A stretch of DNA of 64,000 bases from an uncultured Bdellovibrio sp. (GCA_963932905.1 CAWVRN010000004.1:144384-208383); one strand, 5' to 3'. Positions 30,597-41,202 are shown, numbered from the stretch's first letter. Program-made: numbers and translations. The notes: generated from the letters alone by a model not told the origin.

Positions 30597-31787
30597 TCAG
30601 AAATTGTTGGTGGCGCCAGCATCCTTTCTCTCTCCTGGTTTGCCCGGGCTCTCATCCTGAAACAGAGTTGTATATCGTTTACGAATCCCCAAGTTGTATC
30701 CAAACCTGAGTCCAACACGCAGATTGTTATACGCTGAAAGGTCCTTTACTTGGTCCCGAATTGTCTGAAAAGCGAGACCGTATAACGGCTTCAAATCCTC
30801 TCTCGTCTGATTAAGGGAGCCTCCCACAAAGGTCTGTACAATAATTGATCTAGTAGTGTTTGAGTTATTAGAAAACGTGTTGTCCGTCACGCTCGTTAGG
30901 TTAAATTTTCCAGTGGATTCCATCTTGTTCCGAATATCTAACAAAGTTGCGATATCTGGATTCCTTTTGACCGCTGTAAAGCTCCATAGTCCTACTAGTA
31001 TAATAACTGCGGAAACAGCTCCAGCAATGGCTATTGCCTTTTTTGTTTTCGCTGGATCGTCTAAAGAGGCCAAGGCCGTTGCATTAAATCGATCATGGTA
31101 CACAACAATCGAGTTAGCTATGAGATCGTGGAGTCCGCGCTTCAGCGGGTGTAGCGGCAAAAACAAATAGCAGCCAACAACTCCAATGAACCACATCGTA
31201 CCAATAATGGAATCGGCCGTCGTAGAAAGCTCTGAGCCCACTAACAAATTGACGACGCCAGAAAAGACGCCGATGTATCCAACGAAGGCGATGATCAGAT
31301 ATCTCAAGAAAGATTTAACCAGAGAAAGGGGTTCGCCATTCATATTCAAAACCTGAATACCCAAAATTCGCTTACCGAGGCTTTGGCCGTTACCGAAGCT
31401 ACTTTGCGAAGGTACAAAATATGCGATTGATACTAGTAGCCCAAGCCACACGCCATGCTCGCCCAGCTTCACAAACAAGTCCTCCAGTCCAAAACTGAGC
31501 ACCATCGCGAAAGTCCAGAGAATTGCTAAATCGATGACATCGGCAACGACTCTTATCCAAAACCCAACAACCAGTTTTGGCACCTGGCTTTCCACAGGCG
31601 GAGTTATTTGAACTTCGTTCCACAACCCTTTTTCCTTCCGTGTCTTAATTTCAACTAGGCACGCTTCATAGTTTGCTGGGAACTTATCTTTATTTATTCT
31701 ACCCAAAGAGGCAATAAGTTCGCCTTGAGGTAACGTCGAGAAGTCTATAGTGCTACTAGTTTTTTCGTCCGTCAATTTCTCTCCCAT
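30597..31787 (-). CDS. RDD-family membrane protein
   Basis: GFWIRVVADVID, GQSLGKRILGIQV, RGLHDLIANSIVV. Confidence 0.85.
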   Translation of the reverse strand: MGEKLTDEKTSSTIDFSTLPQGELIASLGRINKDKFPANYEACLVEIKTRKEKGLWNEVQITPPVESQVPKLVVGFWIRVVADVIDLAILWTFAMVLSFGLEDLFVKLGEHGVWLGLLVSIAYFVPSQSSFGNGQSLGKRILGIQVLNMNGEPLSLVKSFLRYLIIAFVGYIGVFSGVVNLLVGSELSTTADSIIGTMWFIGVVGCYLFLPLHPLKRGLHDLIANSIVVYHDRFNATALASLDDPAKTKKAIAIAGAVSAVIILVGLWSFTAVKRNPDIATLLDIRNKMESTGKFNLTSVTDNTFSNNSNTTRSIIVQTFVGGSLNQTREDLKPLYGLAFQTIRDQVKDLSAYNNLRVGLRFGYNLGIRKRYTTLFQDESPGKPGERKDAGATNNF

Positions 31788-32097
31788 ATCAATGCCAGTT
31801 TGGCGACAGCATTAACATAAATTACAAAAACGCTCAACGTCGAATTGAGTTCGAGCGTATCGACTGACGTAATATTAATGATCAGTTCCTAAGCGAAAGA
31901 ACTACAAACTCACTTTTACTGGAATATGTGCCTTATTCTTTCTATAAGTGTCCAACTTAAAGGATATCAACAATTCGGCCTTTATAGCACCCGTCCTCGA
32001 GTGGATTCCATGTTATACAGGTGCCTTGGCTCAAGACGAGGGGTGCAACCTTACCCATATCGGGGACAGTATCCACCCCCCGGTGCTTTATAAAAAA

Positions 32098-32919
32098 TTA
32101 ATCTCTGGCGATCAAAGCGTTTGCTAGTAATTTAGCGGCCTTCTTTGCGGTTTCTACGTTCGGGTGGATACCGTCACCAATATGGGTGAAGTTTTTCCAT
32201 ACGTCCACCTGGATAGCGTTAGGAAGTTCACTTTGGATTCTGTTTTTATATCGATTTCTTAATTTGTTGTAAGACGTCTGATCGATAACCCATGGAAGGC
32301 CAAATGTGTTTTTGAAATGATTTAAATCTAGGTCATTGTATTTTGGGTAATTATCAAAAACAGGCGTCAGCCCCATAGAAATCACCGATTGTCCCACCGC
32401 GATCATGCGATCAATCGACTCGTCGATTTGTTGTAGCGTGCAGGGAGTCGTTAGACTCTGCGGCTGATCAAAGGCACCGGCATGGAGACAATCATTTGGA
32501 ATGGTAATTACAACATACTTTGCACCGAACGAAGAAAAGGTAGGCGGAGCTAGAACACGTGGCAACGCTTTGTTAAACATCGTCAAATAGCTGTCCCAAC
32601 CCGGTGACTGGCAAGTCGTTGCATTGCAGTCTTGACGAGCAAACGATGTTGCACCGGCTTGACCTTCATTCACTACAAATCCCGGAAGAGATTTTTCTCG
32701 AACAAGTGCATCCCCTAAGCTCAGGTAGGCGCTACCATTTACAGCTGTGCCTCCCAATGGAGCCGATGCGCCCGTATACGGAGTCTTTGCGCTCGCATAG
32801 GAAGCCCCAATCACTATCAAAGGTTTTTGTGAATCCACCACGGCATCAGCAGTTACGGGTAGTAGTCCGAGCGTTAGCCCCAGTAAAGCGTATTTATTGA
32901 AAATTCTATTTTTTAACAT
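32098..32919 (-). CDS. secreted SGNH/GDSL-like hydrolase
   Basis: Signal peptide; IGASY (block I variant), NEGQAG, PND and DGIHP. Confidence 0.75.
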   Translation of the reverse strand: MLKNRIFNKYALLGLTLGLLPVTADAVVDSQKPLIVIGASYASAKTPYTGASAPLGGTAVNGSAYLSLGDALVREKSLPGFVVNEGQAGATSFARQDCNATTCQSPGWDSYLTMFNKALPRVLAPPTFSSFGAKYVVITIPNDCLHAGAFDQPQSLTTPCTLQQIDESIDRMIAVGQSVISMGLTPVFDNYPKYNDLDLNHFKNTFGLPWVIDQTSYNKLRNRYKNRIQSELPNAIQVDVWKNFTHIGDGIHPNVETAKKAAKLLANALIARD

Positions 32920-33377
32920 ATGTATTTTCTCCTTGTTTCACATGATAAGGAAATTCATTATTAAAAATCACTTGATTAATTTGATTGATTCAATAACTAG
33001 GCATTAGACCTCGGCAAGCTCCCAATTTTTGCATCATATTAGGACTTCTGAACAGCGGATGTTTGTTTTGATTTTGCTAAATTCTAAAAAAGCACAAAAA
33101 ACGTTTAAACAACATAATCCAATCCGACGCTGATAAGTATGTTCAAGATTCAGTCGGAATGTGGCTCAGATTCGTAGAGTACAGGGACGCCCCATTCGCA
33201 GACCTACAAAAACAGAACTGAGCGAGGAAATCGGAAAAAAATATTTACCTGATGATTCAGAAACATTAAAGAATGCCTACTATACAACTGTCTTTATGAA
33301 TAACGAAGTTAAGGAAGTCATCAAAGTTATGGCTGGAAATCCATTATAAAAATTTCGCTACTTTCATAAAAGTAAAT

Positions 33378-33929
33378 ATGAAATTTATCTTAACCTATGC
33401 AATATTTAGCTTCAGTGGAGGATTAAATTTTATGGTAACTGTATCGCCAAAGCATCATCTAAGATGGGTTCAAACACGAAGAAATCTTTTAAAAAAGCAA
33501 TTCACAAAAGTGGTAGCCACCAAACTAAAAAAATCGATTGAGACTGGTGACTCCCATATAAAAAAACATCCAAAGTCCAAATGGACTCCCGCCACAAAGT
33601 CATATGTTAGTGGCCTGGAAAAACCAACGGTAATTAAAACTGATTTAATAAAAGACTTTAACTTAGCAGAGCTAGTGGTCATGTCCCCAAATGAAACCAC
33701 ATTAAGTATCGCTTTCTTTGCGCCAATGGGAGATCCCTTATTAATTTGCGATTTTGAGAAAAATAAACTGACGTGGAAAAAATTTGCTGTCTCGGAAAAA
33801 TCAAAAAAAGAAAATCAAGTCACCTACCTTAAAAAATTATCAGTGGGGTTAAAACGTCAAATGGGATTGACTCCACCCAAAAAAACAGTAAATCAAAAAA
33901 ATCTCCGCTTAAAGAAGCGTAAAAAATAG
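33378..33929 (+). CDS. lysine-rich hypothetical protein
   Basis: 183-aa ORF; GGAGG RBS before the internal ATG at 33432 suggests that start. Confidence 0.5.
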   Translation: MKFILTYAIFSFSGGLNFMVTVSPKHHLRWVQTRRNLLKKQFTKVVATKLKKSIETGDSHIKKHPKSKWTPATKSYVSGLEKPTVIKTDLIKDFNLAELVVMSPNETTLSIAFFAPMGDPLLICDFEKNKLTWKKFAVSEKSKKENQVTYLKKLSVGLKRQMGLTPPKKTVNQKNLRLKKRKK

Positions 33930-33954
33930 CGTCAAATTATCGATGACAATAATT

Positions 33955-34216
33955 TAAGAACTGGCTCCTTAGCTTGCGGCTAAGAAGCTAAATTCTATTG
34001 GAAAGACAGTTGTTTAGTTGAAATTTAAAAGCGCTGTCTTGAAACAGTTTTTCAAAAAAAAAATTATTATCCGAATTAACTCGTAATACATTCGAGTTTC
34101 GATTCCTCAATAAAGCGAGCGTGTTGAATCTTTCTGGATTTCAGATAGCACGTTTTAAATTCACTTGATTTGACGATATCTTACTTGCCCTTAGCCGCAG
34201 GCTAAGGGGCCAGTTC
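33955..34216. repeat. REP-like inverted doublet (hairpins at 33958-33995 and 34187-34216)
   Basis: GAACTGGCTCCTTAGCTTGCGGCTAAG and, on the opposite strand, GAACTGGCCCCTTAGCCTGCGGCTAAG. Confidence 0.7.
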
Positions 34217-34460
34217 AAAGAGATTTAGCTGCAATGGATTCGTTCGTTCAAAACCTGAAAAAACATCCTCGGCAACTCAAATGCACAACGCAAGTTTCAG
34301 AAATCGGTGAAATTCATTGCCAAAGACCCATTCCAATCACACAATTTTTACGACAACCCATGAACCTAGATGCTGGGATTTAAGAATTCGGCCTTTATAC
34401 CGCCTATCCTCCCCTGCATCACATTTCCTGCCTACTGTGCAGATTGAAGGACCTCAGATC

Positions 34461-35360
34461 ATGAGCGGATATTGGACAGACACAGCTTCTTTCATCGATG
34501 CGCATCTGGGCACTGGAGGCGCCGTCTGTGTGGCCCTGATTGACGACGAGATGGCTGCCCATAACGTGCCTTTCACAAGCGTGACCTGCCTTTATCAGGG
34601 CAACTGGCTTGATGGCGGCACGTTCAAGTGGGACACAGCGGCCGTAACACGATGCCAATTACCCGTGCCGCAGTACGCGATCGTCGGCGTCAATGGACAG
34701 GTGCAGTTTGTGGGCAGTGGCGACATGCACGAAGAACGCATCGCCGAGGGTGTGCTTGCCCCCCCGGCGGGCACAGGTCTGGTGCGCGGCGCACGCGCCA
34801 TCGAAGGTGTGCTCTATGTGTGCGGGATGAAGCGACAGGTCTTCCGCCGCGAAGGGCGCGAACAGTGGCGCTGTCTCACTGCTGCAATTCCTCAGGAACG
34901 GGGCGTTGTAGGTTTCGAGGCCATCGATGGCTACACCCACAGCGAGATCTATGCCGTTGGCTGGGAGGGGGAGGTCTGGCATTTCGATGGCACGAATTGG
35001 AACCAGTACGATACGGGTACCAATGTCATTCTCCTAGATGTGGTGTGTGCAGGTGACGGCATCGTGTATGCGATCGGCCGAGGACGCAAACTGGTCATTG
35101 GGCGCGGTGCCCAGTGGCGCACCATCGACCTGAACCTGTCGGTCGAGCTGTCAAGCATCGCCTGGTTTGAAGGCAAGCTCTACGCCTGCTCGACGCGAGA
35201 TATCTTTGTGTGGGACGGCTCGCTATTCAACCCTTTGGTGATTGAGGGTGACCGGCCTCGCACCATCCAATATCTGAATTCTGGCGAAGGCGGTTTGTGC
35301 GCTGTAGGGCCTAAAGATCTCTTCCGCTTCGATGGGTCGACCTGGTTCAGGATCGATTGA
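34461..35360 (+). CDS. beta-propeller-like (WD40/BNR-type) hypothetical protein, high GC
   Basis: ATG 34461 behind GAAGG; repeats such as IYAVG..GEVWHFDGTNW and LFRFDGSTW. Confidence 0.7.
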   Translation: MSGYWTDTASFIDAHLGTGGAVCVALIDDEMAAHNVPFTSVTCLYQGNWLDGGTFKWDTAAVTRCQLPVPQYAIVGVNGQVQFVGSGDMHEERIAEGVLAPPAGTGLVRGARAIEGVLYVCGMKRQVFRREGREQWRCLTAAIPQERGVVGFEAIDGYTHSEIYAVGWEGEVWHFDGTNWNQYDTGTNVILLDVVCAGDGIVYAIGRGRKLVIGRGAQWRTIDLNLSVELSSIAWFEGKLYACSTRDIFVWDGSLFNPLVIEGDRPRTIQYLNSGEGGLCAVGPKDLFRFDGSTWFRID

Positions 35361-35507
35361 GGGTCTGGCTGGAACCACGAGGCACCCCACCTCGAAATAG
35401 AGACGGCAATATTATTTTCCCTGGCTTATTTGAAATATTGATCTTATTTCTTATTTTTTTTCGCCAGAGAAAACGCTGTCTCCACGAACTCTAAAGAAAA
35501 AGAACTA

Positions 35508-37160
35508 CTAGCTAGCGCCCGAACACTCGATGACTTTTTGAATACCGTTTTTATTCAGGACGACACGGTATAATTGCATCTGCTTTTGAGTTTCGACACC
35601 ATTTTCTTTAGCGGCGTAGTTAACTAAGGCATAAAAATAATACATTTTATTCGATGTTTTACGAGTGAAGCGCCCTTTTTGATCCAAGATTGTAATATCT
35701 TTCATCGGGTCATCTAGAAACTTTAAATATCGCTGTAAATTGACTCTTAAGGTTTCTTGTAAAGACAAAGGATTGTCTTTGTTTTTTGTTTTTGGCGCTA
35801 AACAGTAAACACGTTTTAAGAACAACACATCCTCTTTCAAATAGGACTCTGCTTCGGATACCGATGCACTTTTACGACGATGACGAATCACTTCAGGCAG
35901 GTCCATTGTTCTGACCGTTTTAAGCCATTCTTTAATGCGACCAAGATGAGCGTCTTTATCAGTTAATTCATATTCAAAATCAGGAACGAATCTAGAAATT
36001 CTTTTATTTAAAAAACTTTTCGCAAAGTCTTTCAATCGATCCCTAACCGCATACAGGCCCATAGCAAAGAAAATTAACGATACGCCCTGAAGACTGAATT
36101 TATAGAAATCGGGATTACCAAACTGCTGAATAACTGCCGCAGAAATCCCGGCAATACAGGCTGCTAGTGCGGCTGTTGGCTCAGAAAACTTTTTTAAAGA
36201 CTGTGATTTTTGCACGTCGATAAACATTTTTGACTGAAAAAACTTTTTCATTTGCCCGAGGCGAACCAGCAACAATTCACTGCTGTCTTGGCTTTTTAGA
36301 TGAGATGGCGTTAGGCAATGCTTCTTTTGAAAATGCATTTCTTTTTTCTGCAATAACGACAATTGCAAATGCAGTTGGCGCCAGCCATCAACGAACTTGG
36401 TACGCTCCACACTATCCATATTTTTTTGAAAACGCGAAATTTCAAAATCAATTTTACCTAAGGTTTCGATAAAAACGTGATGGATATATTCATCTAATAA
36501 ATTCACCACCGGTGAATTTACGGTCCAATTTGCATCGGTTACCGTCCGTACACTTTCTAAAATTTCTGCCAGATCATCTATTTCGGCGGTAATTTCGCTA
36601 AAAATTGAGTCAGACATCACGTTATGAGTGCGAGAATGAATCAACAATAAATCACGTTTAATTTTGCTTGTACGTGCCTTCAATGTTTCACCAACAATAC
36701 CACCGATAACTTGCACCGATGACGTCAGCTGTTCTTCGATATGAGCATCGCAGCCAGGAATGGAAAGCAACGTTAACAGGCGTTTGATATCATCCAAAGC
36801 ACCCAGCATTTCCCTTGAATCCAAGCTTTGATTCAAGGGAATAAACAATCGTTGTCGAGAATAAAAATCACTGAATAAATCATCTTTTTCTACTTCACGC
36901 ATTTGCACAGAAGGGGGAAAAAACAAATAGAAATCTAGGCGAGCTTCCTGCTCGACACCAGAAAAGTTAAACAACGATTTTAGTTCTAAATTGTGATTGT
37001 CATGACGTTTAACCGAGATATCAGCGGCACATGAGCCCGCGTTGGCTTTGGCCATCGAATCTAACAGAACTTGCTTATTAATGAGCTGACTATCTGTTTT
37101 CTCTTGATCTAATTTAGCATCGCCCAATTTTGGACTCTTATCCCACATCGTTTTCCTCAA
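35508..37160 (-). CDS. hypothetical protein with two central hydrophobic helices
   Basis: 550-aa ORF; motifs RHD...ELK, YLFFP, RDRLKD, FLDDP. Confidence 0.7.
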   Translation of the reverse strand: MRKTMWDKSPKLGDAKLDQEKTDSQLINKQVLLDSMAKANAGSCAADISVKRHDNHNLELKSLFNFSGVEQEARLDFYLFFPPSVQMREVEKDDLFSDFYSRQRLFIPLNQSLDSREMLGALDDIKRLLTLLSIPGCDAHIEEQLTSSVQVIGGIVGETLKARTSKIKRDLLLIHSRTHNVMSDSIFSEITAEIDDLAEILESVRTVTDANWTVNSPVVNLLDEYIHHVFIETLGKIDFEISRFQKNMDSVERTKFVDGWRQLHLQLSLLQKKEMHFQKKHCLTPSHLKSQDSSELLLVRLGQMKKFFQSKMFIDVQKSQSLKKFSEPTAALAACIAGISAAVIQQFGNPDFYKFSLQGVSLIFFAMGLYAVRDRLKDFAKSFLNKRISRFVPDFEYELTDKDAHLGRIKEWLKTVRTMDLPEVIRHRRKSASVSEAESYLKEDVLFLKRVYCLAPKTKNKDNPLSLQETLRVNLQRYLKFLDDPMKDITILDQKGRFTRKTSNKMYYFYALVNYAAKENGVETQKQMQLYRVVLNKNGIQKVIECSGAS

Positions 37161-37194
37161 ACATTGGACCCCAATGGACCCAACATCGGTTAAT

Positions 37195-37222
37195 TGTCAG
37201 GGTTTTGTCAGGATTATGTCAA
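37195..37222 (-). promoter_or_regulatory. triple 11-bp-period direct repeat (Pho/OmpR-family box-like)
   Basis: Minus strand reads TTGACA-TAATC-CTGACA-AAACC-CTGACA. Confidence 0.55.
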
Positions 37223-37523
37223 GATTATACATAATATCGATTAAAAAAAACATATCTAAGCGTTTGAAAATTCCAGGCAATCTTAGGTTTAGCTTGGGGC
37301 ATCCATTAGAGAAAACTATCGAGTCTGAACTTTCTACTTTGTAGGAAAAAAAGCGACGAAAAGGGCTCTGGTCCATGATTTTCTTGGGTCATGAAATATT
37401 TCTACCGGGGTGCCCATTTACAAGTCGAATTGATTGCCAAGATTTCTTCACACGTATCCTGGCGACTTTGACAGGGTCTTATCCTCGGCACCCCCCTTGC
37501 TCTTTAGAAACCCACGAGGTTTT

Positions 37524-38501
37524 ATGAACGTACTTACACGACTTCCAATGCTGTTTATTTTTTTGACATCAGCTATGTCCACGGCAGCGCCTGATTTTAC
37601 CTTCGGCTATCCCGAGTACGAGGATTTTCGCGCGAATAAAGTAGATACTGGTTATTTTGTTCAGCGAGAACTGCTGGATGATTCTTTTTTTATGTATGAA
37701 ATCACACAACGTATTTTCTCGCCCTTAAAAAAACAAAGCCCATTCACTGTGACGACACCGATGGTGGCCCGATTCTCGCCAATCATTAAATCGATAGAAT
37801 TGTATATTGATGAGCAGAAGAAAGGCATCATGTCTCAGTGTGAAGACGGGCCTCAAAAATGCTCCAAAACTTTTGAATCCATCAATGGAATTTCCGAACG
37901 CGAATTAGCGATGGAAATTACGAAGGCATCTTACTGCTTTGGAACGGACCCATTTGTTGTGGCCTCAAAAATTCGTCAAGAATCACGTTTTGACATGTCG
38001 TCGGTGTCTAACACCGGAGCCATCGGTCTGACCCAATTAACGGCGCCAGGACTAAAAGAGATTTTAGATCAAATGGGCCATCGAGGCGAAAAGTACGCGT
38101 TTCTAGATAACAAATCATTCTTGGATGCCGCGATGAAATGTTACCCTCAAACGACAGAGGTTGAGGCATTTAAAGATTTTCCAGTCATCAAAACCGTAGC
38201 TCTCAAAAAAGGTCGTATTGAATACACGGCCGAAACTATAAAAAACCTTAAAGCGTGGGTTCTGCCACGCAAAGGCCAAAATCAGATTGGCGTAAAAGAA
38301 CGACGCACTCTGATTCAACGACAATTGTTCCTTGGACAAATTTTATTGAAAGTATATTTAGCGTACTCTAAAAAAGTCTTAAAAAACGAAACCATCGGGC
38401 GTCAATATGAAGCGGCTTTAAGAATGTTCAATGGCGACAATATCCGGGTGAAATATGCCAAAGAAGTAATTAAGTTTTCTCGTCAGGCCCAATCTCTTTA
38501 G
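37524..38501 (+). CDS. secreted lytic transglycosylase (SLT-domain) protein
   Basis: GAGGT RBS and signal peptide; IRQESRFD, GAIGLTQL, ALRMFNG...YAKEV. Confidence 0.8.
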   Translation: MNVLTRLPMLFIFLTSAMSTAAPDFTFGYPEYEDFRANKVDTGYFVQRELLDDSFFMYEITQRIFSPLKKQSPFTVTTPMVARFSPIIKSIELYIDEQKKGIMSQCEDGPQKCSKTFESINGISERELAMEITKASYCFGTDPFVVASKIRQESRFDMSSVSNTGAIGLTQLTAPGLKEILDQMGHRGEKYAFLDNKSFLDAAMKCYPQTTEVEAFKDFPVIKTVALKKGRIEYTAETIKNLKAWVLPRKGQNQIGVKERRTLIQRQLFLGQILLKVYLAYSKKVLKNETIGRQYEAALRMFNGDNIRVKYAKEVIKFSRQAQSL

Positions 38502-38541
38502 GCCTTTGACTGAAACCCTGCCTTAGCATTACAGTGAATCT

Positions 38542-38826
38542 ATGAAAATATGTGAACGATGCGGACAATCTTTTGGCTGTGGGGCCAACAACAACGATAA
38601 AAAATGTTGGTGTATGGATTTGCCCGTCGTCACGACCATTCCTTCACAATATAAGGATTGCCTTTGTTCCAGTTGCTTAAAAGAACTGGCTGTTAAAAAA
38701 TCAGATACTGACCTAACCGAAGGCGAAGATTATTATATAGAACGCGGGCAATTTGTGTTCACCGAAAAATATCATCTTAAAAAAGGCGAATGCTGTGGCA
38801 ACGGCTGTCGCCACTGTCCCTATTAA
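38542..38826 (+). CDS. cysteine-rich CWC + DUF5522-like protein
   Basis: CERCG..FGC, CWC, CLC..CL, then FTEKYHLKKGECCGNGCRHCPY. Confidence 0.8.
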   Translation: MKICERCGQSFGCGANNNDKKCWCMDLPVVTTIPSQYKDCLCSSCLKELAVKKSDTDLTEGEDYYIERGQFVFTEKYHLKKGECCGNGCRHCPY

Positions 38827-39626
38827 AAACTTTGAATTAGTTCTGATTCTAGTTCAGTCAATAAACTTTCTTTTTGAAAAATGGCTTTGGCTTTGTAGGG
38901 AGCTTGCCACTTTATATTCACCTCGTGCAATTTGCCTTTGTTCAAATAATCTGGAACTAAGCACGTCGCATCCATTAGCTCGGCCAATCGACTGGCCGCT
39001 GACCAGCTTTCGACTTCTATATGTTGAGCAAATTCGATTTTATTTTTGGAGGCATATCTATAAAATGATTCAATTTCCGGCCGTCTTTCCGTGGTGATGA
39101 AAACATTTCCAAGTTTTCCATTTCTAGAACGCAGTTCAAAACTACCTTCGTAAAGATCAATCGCTTTAAAGCGAAAGTCCTTTTGAATTTCGATCAGGAA
39201 AGCAATGTGAATCTGTTCTTGTTCTAACATATTTAGCAACTGAATTGTTGCGCCAACCTTAATGACAGGTTGAAAACTTCTATTTACGAACGGTTGAATT
39301 TTCGGAAAAACAAAGTCGATGAGAGAACTAGAGCAACCGATCCGCAAAGATTTGTTGGTAGCTTTAGATTCTAAGAATCCCCTGGTTAGATTGTCAAAAT
39401 TTTGCTTTGCCAACCTATAAAATATTTTACCATCTTCTGTTAAGCCGAAATTACGTTTTTCATGAATGAGCAAAGTCTTACCATACCAGTCTTCAAGTCG
39501 CATAATAGCTTGACTGACGGCAGGACGCGAAACGTGGTTCTTTTCGGCACTTTGAGTGATGCTATGAAGTTCAACGGCATCTAGGAAGTATTTCAAGGAC
39601 GCAAGACTTAATTCTTCTATCTTCAT
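38823..39626 (-). CDS. LysR-family regulator
   Basis: SITQSAEKNHVSRPAVSQAIMRLE HTH. Confidence 0.9.
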   Translation of the reverse strand: MKIEELSLASLKYFLDAVELHSITQSAEKNHVSRPAVSQAIMRLEDWYGKTLLIHEKRNFGLTEDGKIFYRLAKQNFDNLTRGFLESKATNKSLRIGCSSSLIDFVFPKIQPFVNRSFQPVIKVGATIQLLNMLEQEQIHIAFLIEIQKDFRFKAIDLYEGSFELRSRNGKLGNVFITTERRPEIESFYRYASKNKIEFAQHIEVESWSAASRLAELMDATCLVPDYLNKGKLHEVNIKWQAPYKAKAIFQKESLLTELESELIQSF

Positions 39627-39774
39627 GTCATTTATTATTACTATTTATTAAATATAAGTCACATTAATTTACATTTATTGTCGAAATAAGCAATAATATT
39701 TAACACAATAAAAGAACTTCATGGCTAAATAGTTTACAGAGCATTCTATCGGCAAGTCATGTATCTATAGCTTC

Positions 39775-41193
39775 ATGAATAAAACTCGACGGAATTTTTT
39801 AAAGCGATCGGCAGCATTAAGTCTTGGTATTTTAGCTCAGCAATTTTTAACAACGTCCCGCAGTTATGCGGACGCGGTGAAGAAAGCATTCATATGGAAG
39901 AACTGGTCAGGAAACGTATCCTTCACACCCAAGCAAGTTTTCTATCCAGAAACCGTAGAACAAGTGAAACAAGCGATTTTGACTTCTACAAAGGTTCGCG
40001 TGACCGGCGCGGGCCATAGCTTTTCGGCCTTAGTTCCTAGCGTGAATTTAATCAGCCCTCAAAAATTCAAACAGATCCATATTGATTCCTCTAGAATGGA
40101 AGTCACGACTGGCGCCGGTGTTACATTAAGTGAATTGAACAATGCTCTAGTGGCAGCAGGGTTCGCTTTGCCCACCGCCGGCGAAATAGATCATCAAACA
40201 ATGGCGGGCCTTATCGCCACGGCGACCAAAGGAACCGGAGTTCAATTCGGATCATTCTCTGATGCTGAACAATTACTGGGACTTTCTATCGTGGACGGTC
40301 GTGGTGAATTTCATAATATTGATTTTAGTGATGCTAAATATAAAAATGTCGAGCCCGCGTTAAGAATCAACTTGGGCGCATTCGGTTTCGTTACTGCTGT
40401 TAAATTTAAAATCGTGCCTAGTTTTACTTTAAAAGAGGTCCACTCAAAAGCTTCGCTGACCGATGCCATTCAACCCGAGAACTACACTCAAAATTATCGT
40501 TATTCTTTTTATTACTATCCGCACTCACACCAAACAATCAAACGAACTCAAAATATCACGACAGAATCCTACTCGGATCTGGCACTAGAAAAACGAAACA
40601 AGAAAAAAGCGTTAATGGAAGACACCTTAGGGAATTTGCTTATAACTGTTCTGTCGCATGCTCCGTCTTTATTGCCGAAAGCTTCTAAAATATTCTTTGC
40701 TCAACAACCCGATTCTGAAACAGCCGTCGGTCGCTGGGATAAAATCATGATCAATAATCGCAAAATGCGTTATTTGGAAATGCAGTACGTACTGCCGGTT
40801 GAAAAATTGTTACAAGCTATGACCCTAATCAAAGCCAAGACCGATGAGTTAAGTAAACAAGGAACATATTTTGTCGATATCCCCGTGAATGTCCGTTTTT
40901 CCCGTGGTGATAAGTCGACGTTACTCAGCCCGGCCCAAGATGCATCTAAAGTTTACGCACAAATTGATCTCAACTGCCACCTGAAGCAAAAGAATTCAGA
41001 ACTATTTATGAAAGCAGTTGAAAAAGATTTGGTTGCATTGGGTGCGAAACCACACTGGGGTAAAATATCATACGTTGCGGTTGGATCTTTACATGAAGGC
41101 ATCGTCGAATTTGAAAATTTTCGCCGTCAATGGGATCCCGAAAATCGCTTTCAAAATGATTTTATCAAAAAAAATATTTCTGATTTAGTTTAA
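39775..41193 (+). CDS. Tat-exported FAD-linked oxidoreductase, aldonolactone oxidase family
   Basis: TRRNFLK signal; NWSG, GAGHSFS, EMQY, KPHWGK, DPENRF.N. Confidence 0.88.
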   Translation: MNKTRRNFLKRSAALSLGILAQQFLTTSRSYADAVKKAFIWKNWSGNVSFTPKQVFYPETVEQVKQAILTSTKVRVTGAGHSFSALVPSVNLISPQKFKQIHIDSSRMEVTTGAGVTLSELNNALVAAGFALPTAGEIDHQTMAGLIATATKGTGVQFGSFSDAEQLLGLSIVDGRGEFHNIDFSDAKYKNVEPALRINLGAFGFVTAVKFKIVPSFTLKEVHSKASLTDAIQPENYTQNYRYSFYYYPHSHQTIKRTQNITTESYSDLALEKRNKKKALMEDTLGNLLITVLSHAPSLLPKASKIFFAQQPDSETAVGRWDKIMINNRKMRYLEMQYVLPVEKLLQAMTLIKAKTDELSKQGTYFVDIPVNVRFSRGDKSTLLSPAQDASKVYAQIDLNCHLKQKNSELFMKAVEKDLVALGAKPHWGKISYVAVGSLHEGIVEFENFRRQWDPENRFQNDFIKKNISDLV

Positions 41194-41202
41194 ATTTTCA
41201 GA

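Noticed and set aside
33161..33349. 62-aa ORF (and 30437-30718 ORFs)
   Set aside because: No clear RBS or recognisable motif; possibly remnants but not supportable.
34419..35176. Several overlapping ORFs in the high-GC segment
   Set aside because: Expected stop-poor alternative frames of one GC-rich gene.
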